61,558 bases of DNA, taken from assembly GCA_008632985.1 (NCBI GenBank), contig QPGO01000031.1, positions 558,001 to 619,558 of the forward strand, in the 5' to 3' direction. The stretch comes from Psammoneis japonica. Its lineage: Eukaryota. This document shows positions 34,471-45,869 of this stretch, piece after piece. Below the pieces are notes generated by a model. That model had not been told where the DNA came from. It did not search any database and worked only from the letters and a program-made list of their open reading frames with translations. The position numbers and the translations under genes are program-made. How positions within the stretch are numbered: position 1 is the stretch's first letter; every line of letters starts with the position of its first letter.

Positions 34471-35580
34471 CTGATCATCGTTGGCATTGTTTCACAGAAA
34501 AGATTGCACCCACTGCAACAAACTGCACACTCTCCAACTGGGGTTCCTGCCACTTTTTGCCAAAGCTCAGACCTTGTGGTTGGTTGTCAGAGAAAGAGTT
34601 GTGTTGCAGCAGTTGTTTTCAAACTGGACCACCCACTCTGCCTTTCTTTTGTCAGATGCAATGCATGGCAGGTGTCTCTTGTCAGTTGGCGAGCTCACTT
34701 GGTTTCTCCAATGACAGCATCCACTGGAAATGAGGAAGCAAGCAACAAAAAATGCCTGGGCTGCTGGTGTGGCTTCTGTTTTTCAAGCCCCTTGAACTGC
34801 TTTGAGAAATGTGTGTTCATCAGGAGGGGGCACAAAAGCAACAACAAAGACTTTTCCTGGAACACTGTCATGCAGTGGTGCTTGATTTTTGCAAAAAAAA
34901 GCCTTGTTTTGTGTCATTTCTCTCAGCACCTTCACACCCTCCACTGAGCCTCCTGCTTGCACCCTGCCTCAAACACAGCCAGCACACAATTTTGTTGCCA
35001 TCTCTCTGCAAATGTTCTTCTCACTGTGGTGTGTCGGTGAGAGCAGGTTCTCTGAAGATGACATTGCGCACACACCGCATGCACTTCTGGCATGTCTTCC
35101 CTGCTGCTTTGCCACAACAAGCAGGTGCGCTTGGCATGCTCAGGAAGCATGTCAACCTGCCTGCTCCTGGAGTTTGCAGTGCTTCGCCCCAGCCTGGGCA
35201 CCAAGAGAGCACTGCCTGCAATGCCCTTGCTCTTGGCAAAAAAAAGCCATCGGCACAACAGCACTTTGGCTCTGGGAGGGTAGATGGAGAGGTGGTGGTG
35301 CTGTGGTGGTGCATGGCCCAAAAGGGGGGGGCTGTCACTCTGGCGGCTTCCATGAGAAGGGGGTGCAAGCATCCGCCCACTGATGTCTCAACGACGCGGT
35401 GTCGGCCGCCGGCAGCTTGTTTGTTGTGTTGCTGGCCTCTCAAGGAAGTGTGCTGGGGAGAGGAAATGTGGTGGGTTGCACGAGTTTTTTGTTGCAAATG
35501 TCACCAGCGATGGCCACCTGCCTTGGTCCAACAAAAAGCGTTGTGGTCTTGTCTGCTGTCCGGGAAGGGAAGACGGCAGA
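34470..35580. other. Unclassified TpA- and CpG-poor segment, probably a repeat remnant
   Basis: Same dinucleotide signature as the adjacent copia. No recognisable protein motif. Confidence 0.4.
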
Positions 35581-35747
35581 GCTCGGACCTCCTCGAATGA
35601 AGATTCGTCAAAAGATTCGAGAGACGCCCTATTTTCAATTGATGAATCAAGAATCCTTTCCTCCTCCTCTCTCCTCACACCTTCTCTCACGTACCGTAGT
35701 TGCTGTTCTGTCGTTATGAACAACCGTACGTAGCCCTGTGTCACACC

Positions 35748-38264
35748 ATGACTTCTGAAGCACTGAAAGAGACTACCATGCGGCGACAGTCTTTTTTGAA
35801 TGATTGCATAAATGACGAAACATCTCCGGGCAACGACACGGCAGACGATCTTCGTCAAGCGATGCGTCGTGTAAGCATGGCGACTTTTCCTTCCGTGATT
35901 TTGGATCAAGGGGAAGCTCTCGGCGTTCCAGACACAGTTGCAGAGAAACTAAGGAGTGTGCTTGAAACTATTAGGAAGACGGATCATGGATTGTGGCTTG
36001 GGAATGATGACGACGAGACTGCCGTTCAGGAGAGAGCAGCGGCGTTTCAGACACTTTCGTGTGTGCCTCCTTTTTCGTATCTCCCAGAAAGCGAACGACG
36101 GGCTCTTGTGTCGGACTTGACAATGTTGAATTATGAAGATGGTGACTGCATTATTGAGCAAGGCAAGAATAACAAGCACGTGTACATCATTGCCAGAGGC
36201 AGAATCATGCTTGTGGTTCTTAAGAATCTTGAACAAAGACAAAATTCTCGCCAGCATGGCTTGCCAGATGATCATTCCCGTTCCTCATTCAAGTTTCTAG
36301 GATACTTGGATGCACCTTCTGTAGTGGGAGAGTATGAACCTATCTTCGAAACGCCTCGCATGGCGCAAGTCGTGGCCGGAGGGACAGTCACGGCGTATCG
36401 AATGACGGGTGATCGTTTTCTGCAGCTCCTCCAGCACTCACCCTTTAAACTGAAAATGGCTCTGGGGATGCGTAATACAGGCATGTTTAAAGAGATTTTT
36501 TCCTTTGTGGCAGTTGTAAGACGAGCAGCGCTGTCAGAGCGAATGGATTTCGAATCTATCCTTGAGCATTATCGCAAGATGGTTCCAGCTATTCATTCGA
36601 GACTGCACTCTACCTCCCTTGATATTGAAGGTTGGACGTATGCTGTTCAGCGATTGCCGGATACAGTGACCGGCACCTATGTATACTTGCTCTCCAATTC
36701 AGTTCCCATGCCATTTATGAATGACAATTTTGACCTTGCCGAAATTTCTGTTCCTTCAGCAGCAAGACGACGTCTTGCCTTTGCGGTTGATCAGGGCAAG
36801 CTACTGGTAGTTATGAGGGAGAAGTTTTCGGACTTTCTGGATTTCCTTTCACTACTGTGTGCTCACGTCCACGAGAGTAACAAACTGCGGCTAAAACTTA
36901 ACAAGCCTGCTGCCTTTGAAGTGATTCACGGTTGCCTGTGGTCTCCAGAGCGACGACTGGAGAATGGGGAGGAGCCCTCAAATTCCACATTACGCTTTCT
37001 TCGGAGGCAAAGGTATTCTACAGCCACGCTGGATGATCAGAAAGAAGCCATCGAGAAATTGCCGCTGAGCAAGGAAGAGATTGATGGTATTCAAAGTCTT
37101 TGGCCAAACGACTTTTTGTACCGAGTTTGGGACATGATTGCGATGCACGAGAACGTTCAAGTACGAGGAGACTTTTCAGAATCCTATGTCGAGGCAAGCG
37201 ATCGATGGGCAGAACACATCCGTCGTGCTGTGATTGATCTTCTCCAGAGTCACAATCACAATAGGGAGAAAGAAATTTGTGTCAGCACGGACTTGGCGAC
37301 TCACATTATCTCGTCCAACACAACAAGCGTGCGGAACCTTCTTTCTCCCTACATTCGTAAGAATTCTGCGGAGATTCGCGAATGGGGCGTTCAGGCCCAC
37401 CCGGAGATTGAGAATGATGAAGGGCTATCGGAGTCAGACAAGCTCTGTGCATTGTGTACGGCGTATATGCGAGCTCATCCACATGCGACAAAAGAACAAG
37501 ACGAGTTTGACGCGTCTTGTATCCAGACATTACGTCATACGGAACTCACCGGAATTCAGGTGGAACTCATTGATTTGGACGCCCTGTGCAAAACCTACAC
37601 CGAAGACGGAATTGAAGCTGATCCGTATCTTGCAGCTTTTGTCGGGAAGCACAAATTCAGAATGGAGGGCACTTCCAACGATGGTCCTAAACGTCGTCGT
37701 CTGTTGGTGAATATTGATTATGCTTTCGGAAAACAAGCTGAACACTTAATATCAGCGCTCTGCCTCTTGTTTGGTGAGTCCATCGCTTCAATAGGCGTCA
37801 TGGGGAAGGCTGGCGGTCTGCAAGGAAAGAGAGGAGACATTGTTGTTGCGGACTATCTCATCCACCAAGAGGACGATGAAATGACGATTATTGATAACCA
37901 TGGAGTCGATCGAAAAGCGTTGTCGGACTTGAGCAATCGCAAAGTTTGGTCGGGTGGCGTCTTGACTGTCCTTGGCACACTGCTTCAGGACAATCGGCTT
38001 CTTCAATACTACAAGAAACTCGTTGGGTGTGTGTCATTAGAAATGGAGGGGTCTTATTACGCCCGTGAAATTCTAGGATTCAAAAAGGCCAAACTGTTGT
38101 CGGAAGATGCACACTTGCGATTCTTGTATTACTTCTCAGACACACCACTCAGCACAGATCCAACTGAAACGCTGTCAAAGGATCTCGACTTGTCTGAAGT
38201 GATACCGCCGCAATACGCTGTCACTCGTGAATTGCTTCGACTCGTGTTTGCAGACGACAACTGA
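35748..38264 (+). CDS. Cyclic-nucleotide-binding domain fused to a DUF6909-like (nucleoside phosphorylase-fold) domain
   Basis: cNMP motifs IIEQG...VYIIARG...VGE..PIFETPRMAQVVA. C-terminal NIDYAFGKQA, GVMGKAG...RGDIVV, TVLGTLLQ, LEMEGSYY and YYFSDTPL. Confidence 0.75.
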   Translation: MTSEALKETTMRRQSFLNDCINDETSPGNDTADDLRQAMRRVSMATFPSVILDQGEALGVPDTVAEKLRSVLETIRKTDHGLWLGNDDDETAVQERAAAFQTLSCVPPFSYLPESERRALVSDLTMLNYEDGDCIIEQGKNNKHVYIIARGRIMLVVLKNLEQRQNSRQHGLPDDHSRSSFKFLGYLDAPSVVGEYEPIFETPRMAQVVAGGTVTAYRMTGDRFLQLLQHSPFKLKMALGMRNTGMFKEIFSFVAVVRRAALSERMDFESILEHYRKMVPAIHSRLHSTSLDIEGWTYAVQRLPDTVTGTYVYLLSNSVPMPFMNDNFDLAEISVPSAARRRLAFAVDQGKLLVVMREKFSDFLDFLSLLCAHVHESNKLRLKLNKPAAFEVIHGCLWSPERRLENGEEPSNSTLRFLRRQRYSTATLDDQKEAIEKLPLSKEEIDGIQSLWPNDFLYRVWDMIAMHENVQVRGDFSESYVEASDRWAEHIRRAVIDLLQSHNHNREKEICVSTDLATHIISSNTTSVRNLLSPYIRKNSAEIREWGVQAHPEIENDEGLSESDKLCALCTAYMRAHPHATKEQDEFDASCIQTLRHTELTGIQVELIDLDALCKTYTEDGIEADPYLAAFVGKHKFRMEGTSNDGPKRRRLLVNIDYAFGKQAEHLISALCLLFGESIASIGVMGKAGGLQGKRGDIVVADYLIHQEDDEMTIIDNHGVDRKALSDLSNRKVWSGGVLTVLGTLLQDNRLLQYYKKLVGCVSLEMEGSYYAREILGFKKAKLLSEDAHLRFLYYFSDTPLSTDPTETLSKDLDLSEVIPPQYAVTRELLRLVFADDN

Positions 38265-38954
38265 TTCAACGATTCCCGTCTGCTCGAGCAGCCGAGTTCT
38301 CTAGATTTTAGATGAAATGCGTAGAGTCCATCGCATCATTATTATTGGCTACAAATGATAAATACCACAAGTACATTTTTTGTGCTTGCTGGAAACTAGT
38401 TGTGGCTTATGTTTAAGATACTTAATATGTTAATCCTCGCTGAACACGCCGTAGTGGAGTCTTTCCTCTAGTAGTAGGACTATTCGTATTCTGCGTAAAG
38501 TGGAGAAACATGTTGCGCTTGTACTTGTTTCATACTCTGGGTCTCGATGATAGCGAGGAGAGTGAGAAAGGCGGTTAGATTTTTTCAGCAAGAGCGTGAA
38601 CGGAGGTGACTGCGGGACATCGGAAGAAGGAGTTTTCATTAGTCCATGAACATTGAGTAACTATGGCAAACAGAAACTTCAATGTGGCTACGGCTGCGCG
38701 TTTCTCTCGTTTCTGAACTGGAACATTCTACATTTGGTTGATTTTTATACTTCTGTTCATTGAGCATAATCAGAGAGAATGTTTATGTGTAGTAGAAGAG
38801 TTGAGCACTGCGGCACCACCATCGATGAGCGTGTAAACGCGTAGTCCTTCCCATTAGCGATCGTGATTGTGAACTGAAGCAAAGCACGCAATATGCAATT
38901 ATACAACATGTATCGTGGTTTCAATCTGTTCTGAGCCTAAGTCGCCTTCTCTTC

Positions 38955-39825
38955 TCAGAGCAAGATGGTAGCAGCCGTCACGGCATGCAGTAGCATCCAG
39001 GCGTACATTGGTCCTTCGGGCAGATCATGTTTCTGGATTTCTTTCGTGACAAACTATGCTGAGAGGTGGAACACAAGCCACACAACCTCGACATACCCAA
39101 ATGCAGTCAAGGCATCCTTATCACTAAACACATGGGCACCAATAAAAGGTGCTCGAGTTGATCAAGTAGTAGCCAAAAAAGCGCACCAGCGACACTGCAT
39201 CATCCTGTAGATTATCGATACCCCACATTTTGCCAGCATCAGCAGGAGAAGCAACCATGAAAAGACCGTTCAACATCCAAAAGACCGAAACCACCTTGTA
39301 CGCAGTGTCGGCCCAATCTTGTGTTGCACCATACATGGAGATCAATTGAGTGACAAGACAAAGCCACTGTCCCTTTTCTTCGAATCCAGCCGCCGATGCC
39401 TTCTTTTCGAGGATGCTGCCAGCGTTCTGTAGGATCCACGGAATCAACGAGAACTGAAAGGCCGTGGCGAAGCTCGTCTCCTTCAAGAGAAGGCAATACA
39501 CTGCAATCGAAAGCGACATGACTCCTGTTCCAAACCCTTGTGTTGACCACGTGTTGGTGGGGTTATTTGCCACGTTGTAATTCTCGTTCATGAAAGAAGG
39601 AGCTACGTGACCCACGACACCCTGGACGGCTTCGACTGCCAAGGTAGCTTTGGCCATAGTCATTGGATCGAGTGGGCCAGCTCCACCCCGAATCTCAAGA
39701 AGCTTGTTGTTAGCAATCTCGCGGTTTTTCTTGGGAACAATGGCCTTGATTAACGCCACGCGGGCCTTGGCGGTCCCAGCCGAAAGAATCAAAGCAAGCG
39801 GAAGGAAATAGCCTATATGTTTCAT
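38955..39825 (-). pseudogene. Signal-peptide + 'IRGG' multi-pass membrane protein with an internal duplication; frameshift at about 39145 and TAG at 39056-39054
   Basis: MKHIGYFLPLALILSAG...LEIRGGAGPLDP start. After a 1-nt shift the frame continues IGAHVFSDKDALTAFGY...SA*FVTKE...MYAWMLLHAVTAATILL*, which parallels the first half. Confidence 0.65.
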
Positions 39826-40046
39826 TTTGATGAACAAACTCAACAGCCAGTGTGATACCTTCAACTTTATGGGCAGTTCCTACAACGATGATGGTGTGAT
39901 GGTATATTGAGGGTGAAGTGGAGATTTCGATGAAGTGAAGTGACATGATGTGACATGACCAAAAGAAGATGCGAAAAAATAAGAAAAAAATGAAGCGTGT
40001 CAAAACATGTCATTTATTCGATCACAAGTACTATGTACGTGACATA

Positions 40047-40529
40047 CCGTCCCGTTGAAAAATTTTGCGAACTTTTTTTTGCGCGCGCAAAATCTCAAGA
40101 ATAAAAGACAAAATCGAAAATCGGCTGTCCTGTGTGGCGTGACGAAATCCGATTTTTGAGTTTCGTCATGGTGAGACCCCCAGAGCCCGTGCAAAATAGC
40201 GATACCTTTTTGTCCTTAAGTATTTATATAACATACAAGTTTGTATGAATATTGCGAACTCCAAGAGAGAAATATCGTTATATACATAATAATGTTTTAA
40301 TATATACATACTCGCTAGAACATAAAAAATCTCTCGCCAATCAATAAGCGACAGTTATTGTCACTTAGGAAATCCCAATACTTTGAGAGAAGGTCAAAGC
40401 GTCCCAGAGATGTCCATTCAACATGAGACACAATTCGTCTTGAAGAGCTCTTCACGAGCTTTCTCCTGATATATAGGGGTCTATGAGGACATCCTGAAAA
40501 AAAGTTCGCAAAATTTTTCACCGGGACGG
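40047..40529. mobile_element. 483-bp MITE, Tc1/mariner-pogo-like
   Basis: ~34-bp TIRs (ccgtcccgttgaaaaattttgcgaacttttttt / aaaaaaagttcgcaaaatttttcaccgggacgg, 1 mismatch) flanked by TA on both sides. Confidence 0.88.
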
Positions 40530-40689
40530 TATGGTGTATTATTTGCTCTCTCCAAGATTCGCTGAATAGAAATATATACAGCTACCAATACGAGTATGAC
40601 GGCTACGCTGGCTTGTCCTTACTGCCGGTGCTCACCAGCCACGACTGAACGAGATTCACACCGCAGGAGCACTGTACCTGGTGAGCCGT

Positions 40690-41740
40690 TGGATGGGCAA
40701 AAATGGCATCATGGCATCATCTGCGGTTCCACCGCTCACTCCTAAAGTGCTGGAGGAACCAGTGAGTTATCTCTCTGAATCTAAATTGCAGCATGAAGTG
40801 ATCAAAAATGACGCACAAGCAATGGCTGCGACAACAAGCTCATCTGCTCGACAGCATTTCTCTGCCCGCACGGGCCTTGCATCGCGTCATTGCCCCAGCA
40901 CTTGGATGTGCAATGGTCTGGATTGGGAATGCCATGAAGATGCTGAATGGTCATCTACACCTGTGGGCAACAGAGCAGCTGGAGAATGTTCACCTCACGT
41001 TGGGGTGGCACGTGGCTGATGAGCTGGGGCAACCGAAGCTGACGAGCAAGTTTGCTGTTCGTCCGAGCCGCACTGTCAGATGTGATGTCCACATCCATTT
41101 GATGCCAAATTGCAGGGTGACCAACAAGACACTGTCATGGATGAAGTGGAGTGCACCAAACTTCCACAGATTTTTCGCACTCAAGCAACCGCTCATGGTG
41201 ACACGAGATCAACCCATCGTTTCTGTTGAGAACGACAAATGCTGGGGATTCCATCTGCATTTGGAGGGTCCAATCATTTGACACACAGCCCCAAGCAACT
41301 GCACGTGCTTCTGCAGCCAATGGCTCCACATCACACAAGCATGATGTGGCATGAAGCACCAGACGTCCTCTCTTTTGTCTTGTGTGAGTTCACAAACAAA
41401 GAGGTGCCAATTTTTGACATCAAGTGGCAAGTCATCAAGAACTGCAAAGAAAACAAAAGAGCTCCTGTGACACCACTCAATCTTTTCTTGCACTCATTGT
41501 TGCCGTTCACCATGAGCAGATCTGTTCAACATGCTCGCCGCAGAAGTGCTGAGGATGCTGCTGTTGCCAGTGGTGATGCACTGCCAGAGTGGATGACAAG
41601 AGGAACTTGGTCACAGAAGTTCCAGAGCTGACCAATCATCAAGCAGCTGCAGAAGCCGAAATGCTGCAGCATTGCCACAAAAATGAAGCAGACTCTCAAG
41701 AAAACCTTCTGCAGAGGTGGGGTGTCTTCTTGTCTAAAGC
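40690..41740. other. Unclassified TpA-free island, probably a decayed repeat or duplicated coding fragment
   Basis: No TpA at all between about 40960 and 41734. Broken ORFs rich in H/C; no family recognised. Confidence 0.45.
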
Positions 41741-42024
41741 CGGTTGTGCAGAGGTTTCGAAGTCTCGCAGACGTAAAAGGTTCTGTAGCGCAAAATTATG
41801 TGGCCAACACATGGCTATCTCCCATTCGGCATAACTCACCTCTACAGATTCGATGCACACTCCGAATGTGTGAACGATCGACCGCTTGTCACCTTTGATC
41901 CATCGAGGCTTTTCACACACATGAATACAGTACCCGATCGATCACGACGAAGCACTTTGTAAACTTTCACTAAAATATTTACGTTCATGACAAGGGCTGC
42001 GACTCGCGTTCTCAAAGAAACGCG

Positions 42025-43701
42025 CTAAATACTGAAATCATGAGTTAGATCTTTGTCTGCGTAGATCTGATGAATTGTTTCCCTGCAAACTCTGCCTATG
42101 GTTGCCTTCTTTCTCTCCCAATGGTCTACCAATGAGTGGCGAACCAGTGGGTTCATACTCAGTTGCCACCAGAAAGATCGCATGCCCCGGTAGCTGAGCT
42201 CGTATCCATCCTCGGCCGAAGGGTTCAAGAACAAGTTCACTCCTACATGTGTGTATCCCCAGCGAAGGGATCCCAAGGGGACTAAATCTCCTGCATTGGA
42301 AACACGGATGTGCTTGAGTTTTCCTGCACGTTCAAGCACCTGATAAGAGAAAAAACGGACGGGCTACGGTGAGACACAAAATGGCGAAAATTGTTTCACG
42401 CTAGCCATGATAAAATATGGAGAACATATTCTTACCTGGAAGGCCTCATTAAATGTAGAGTCTCCGACATACGGAGAGGCAAAGCTGACATTGACGACCG
42501 GCTTCTTGTTTAGATGAGCCGCGATCTTTTTGCTTCCCGCAAACTCAAAGGCCACAAGCGTACTGAGGGCACCTCCGAGGGAATGGCCTGTAACGAACAA
42601 ATCGTAACCTGCGCAACCACGTTTTTCGTATAGATCTAGAACCGCTTGCTTGATCTCGTTGTACTTCTGCTTTTGATTCGCGTGACGTTCCCCTTCCGGA
42701 GGTTGGACATTGTCGAAAAGATAGGCTGTGGGTACAAGTGCCAAACAAACAAGGGTTAAGGAATGAGTTAGTTCCTATGGGTTGCCTGGTTCCCATTCAA
42801 GCAATCCTCAACCTACTCTTGAATCCGGTGTGGACGTAAATTTCTTTATCTTTCGGGAAACCAAGATCGTCCACAACGTTAGGAGTTTCCATTTTGGAAT
42901 ACTGAAACTGGACGTTATGCCCCCAATTGTTCGTATCTTCCACAGTTCCGCCTGTTCATATCATGCAACAGGTACGCATAGTGTGAGTTAGAGATGCGGG
43001 CATGGGCTTTGTTCTGTTGTCCTGACTGACTTACGGAAAACGACCGTGATTCGCTTCTGGTCCTGTTAGCGAATAAAGGGGATATCGTGTGGGAAGAAAA
43101 AGTGAGTTAGAGCAGGACAACAGTATTGGACAAAAGCACATCGGTTAGGATCCATTCTGTTTTCTCTTACCCGGTTGACTGTAATCCCAAATACCAGATT
43201 TGTTTCCTCGAAATGATCATCAAAATCACTAATGTACGCATCCTTCAGTTTCGAGAGACTCACCAAAGCCGTCACAGACAGATCGGAATTTATTTCATCA
43301 TCATCGTTCAGTTGTGAAATATTTGATTGAACAAAGTCAAAAATTTCATTTGCAGTGATCTTTTGCTTGTCCAGTTTTCCTTGAAACTTCTTCATGCGGA
43401 TCTCCGCATCGGTCATGACCGAGGCCGTGGATTCCTGATTGGCCTCGTATGGCGACAAGATCAATTCTTCATTCTCCAGCTGTTTTTCGCGGGCTAGTTT
43501 GCGGAGGTAAGAAAGCGAGTAGATCAAGGACCCCACAAAGAGCATTGGGTCGAGAACGCAAGCAAGATCCGAAGCGTTGTGATCGTAGTCGAAACCACCG
43601 CGTTCGGTATCGCCAAGGACAGGCACCAGCCGATTGTACCTCTGCTGAAGAGTTTCCTTTTCTTCGCCGCTTCCGAACCACCCACCGAACCAACCAAACA
43701 T
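42025..43701 (-). CDS. Class-3 lipase, 5 exons (43701-43171, 43062-43035, 42951-42817, 42725-42436, 42339-42025)
   Basis: Four GT-AG introns splice in frame to give ITVVFRGT, VHTGF, VTGHSLGGA, SFASPYVGD, RVSNAGDLVP and YTHVG. Includes a 28-nt microexon. Confidence 0.9.
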
Positions 43702-44187
43702 GATATTCGATATGCTCAAATTGGGTTACCCTAGAGAGTACCTTTTTAGTGTTTGGACAATGGTCCAAGTTTGCTTGAAGTGATGTTCTACGTGGGAGAG
43801 TGAAATTTTGGATCTTGGATCTTGGGTTCTCATTTCTCATGTGTAATACACAGATAGCTCGAACAATACTTTTATTATATTACATGATACCCGTATATTA
43901 ATTATAAGGCCGGCTATCCAGCAGTTCCTCCCAGCCAGATAGAAGAAGAAGAGAAAAGGAAAAGGAAGGAAAAAATAAACATTAAAATGAAGGTTTGAAA
44001 GGGTGCGCTGCAGTGCCGTAGTGCGTGCAGTAGTGAAGACGGACGTAGACAGGTGCAGACGCGCTACGTGGAATTTGGTGCGAAGTGTCGTGTGCTTGCG
44101 TGCGCAGAAGGATGTGGATCGCCAACGGCTGGAACAAAGCAGCACACCACACAGCAGTGAGTGCAGCTCTGTCATCACGGCACTAGA

Positions 44188-45647
44188 ATGGCGGAGGACA
44201 ACATCGTTGCGTCTGGCAAAGCAGAGGATGTGGCAGCTCCGGAAGTCATGGCAGAACTCACGGGCGCCGAAGGCGCGGCGGCAGCTGCCATGACTGCACT
44301 TGGCGCCGAGGGAAGTGCCGAGGGTGTGTCCGTCGAGTCCGAATGCGCAAGGATGTCGGAGAAGCCGGCGCAGTCCCAAACTGAAAAGAGTGAGAAAGCC
44401 GTGCCGCCGGAGCCAACCTTTCAAATTTGTGGTTGGAATGAAGCACAGCAGCTGGGTTGCACCGCCGAGCAGCTCCTTGAGGCCGGTTGCAAGATCGAGT
44501 TGGTGGGTGATCAGGCCACCTTTGTGAAACCGGAGGTCCCACCTTTTTGCAGCGGCAAAAGCGAGGAGGCAGCCAAGCCCGCGGCCAAAGTGGTCACGAA
44601 AGCAACGGCGGAAGAGGAAGAAGAAGGAAAGCAATTTCCGGACCCCAACGATCCGTCACTCGACTTGTGGGACTGGGTGTTGCGGCACGAAAAATCCGAT
44701 AAATTCCAGGAGTCCATGTGCCTGATGAAGGATGCGCCGAATGATCCCGACCTCTGGTTCCCCGCTCTGGGAGAACTGGGGTGCATCAGGAGCGACCCTG
44801 AAGCCGTCGCGAATGCTCACGGCGAACACCACAAGTGGGTGTGGAGGTGCCGCACGGAAGTCGGCAAGAGGGGCATCCCAGACTCGACGCCGAAGAGCAA
44901 CAAAGTGTTCAAGACCGCCATCGAGGCTTTCGAAGCGGGGTGGTCGCTCGCACTGGTCCATCTCGTGAAGAGAGCAAGCACAGAAGTGTGCACATTTGGA
45001 TGAGGCGCCGTGTCACTTAACCTGCGTTGTTTTGCCTCGAAAAGTCCGTTCGCTCCGCAGGCCCCAAGGAGGTGGAGGTGGGCGAGCTGCGCGTGTCGCA
45101 ACGGAGGGGCGCAGGCATTGGTTTTTTTGCTTTGCGCCAGTTCCAGAAAGGCAGTGCGGTTGGAATCTACGTGGGCCCCAGGGTGCCCGGTACGACGAGG
45201 AGCTGCTCGTGGCATGACCACGACAGCAAGTTTGGAGAAGACCACAGCGTGTGCTGCTCCACCATCCGTGACAGCGAGGGCTGCTGCGTCACAGTGGAGC
45301 CAAAACCGCTTGATTTTAGCGGTCCAGGGAACAAGAATTCCCATCCACTCTGCCTCGGAATGCACTGCGTGAACGATGCCACCGAGTCGTTCAAGGACAA
45401 GAAGAAGATCAAGGCAAGCCAACACGTGGACAACAACTGCGAGTTCTACAACGACGGGTGCTTGGCAGTCACGAAGCGAATCATGCCCGGGGAGGAATTT
45501 CTCTGCAGATGCAACTTGGACGAATCGGAGAAGAAGAAGAAGAAGAGGAAGGCGATGTCGGGTGCCATGAATCGGAAGAAGAAATCGCGTCTACTCCCCA
45601 AGTCGGGGGGGAGAAGCTCTGCATCTGGCAAAACGTTTGCCGTGTAG
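44188..45647 (+). pseudogene. Cargo gene with a C-terminal SET domain (frameshift at about 45010)
   Basis: SET motifs SQRRGAGIGFFALRQFQKGSAVGIYVG, GMHCVND, NCEF and KRIMPGEEFLCRC. Basic NLS-like tail and acidic N-terminal region. Confidence 0.8.
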
Positions 45648-45869
45648 TGTGCTCTGTAAATTAGCAGCACAGTGTGTTGGTGTTTTTCAGTGAAACTGCA
45701 GCATTGGTTGGAAAGGCGTAGCCCCAGTTGTGGTTCGAAAAATGGGAACGAGGAAGAACAGAAAGTCGGCAAATTTACGCAAATCTAGCAAATTGGCAGG
45801 TGCCTGCACAGTCGCCTGAGCACAGAAAGTCAGCAAATTTACGCAAATTTAGCAAGTTATTTTGCACTG

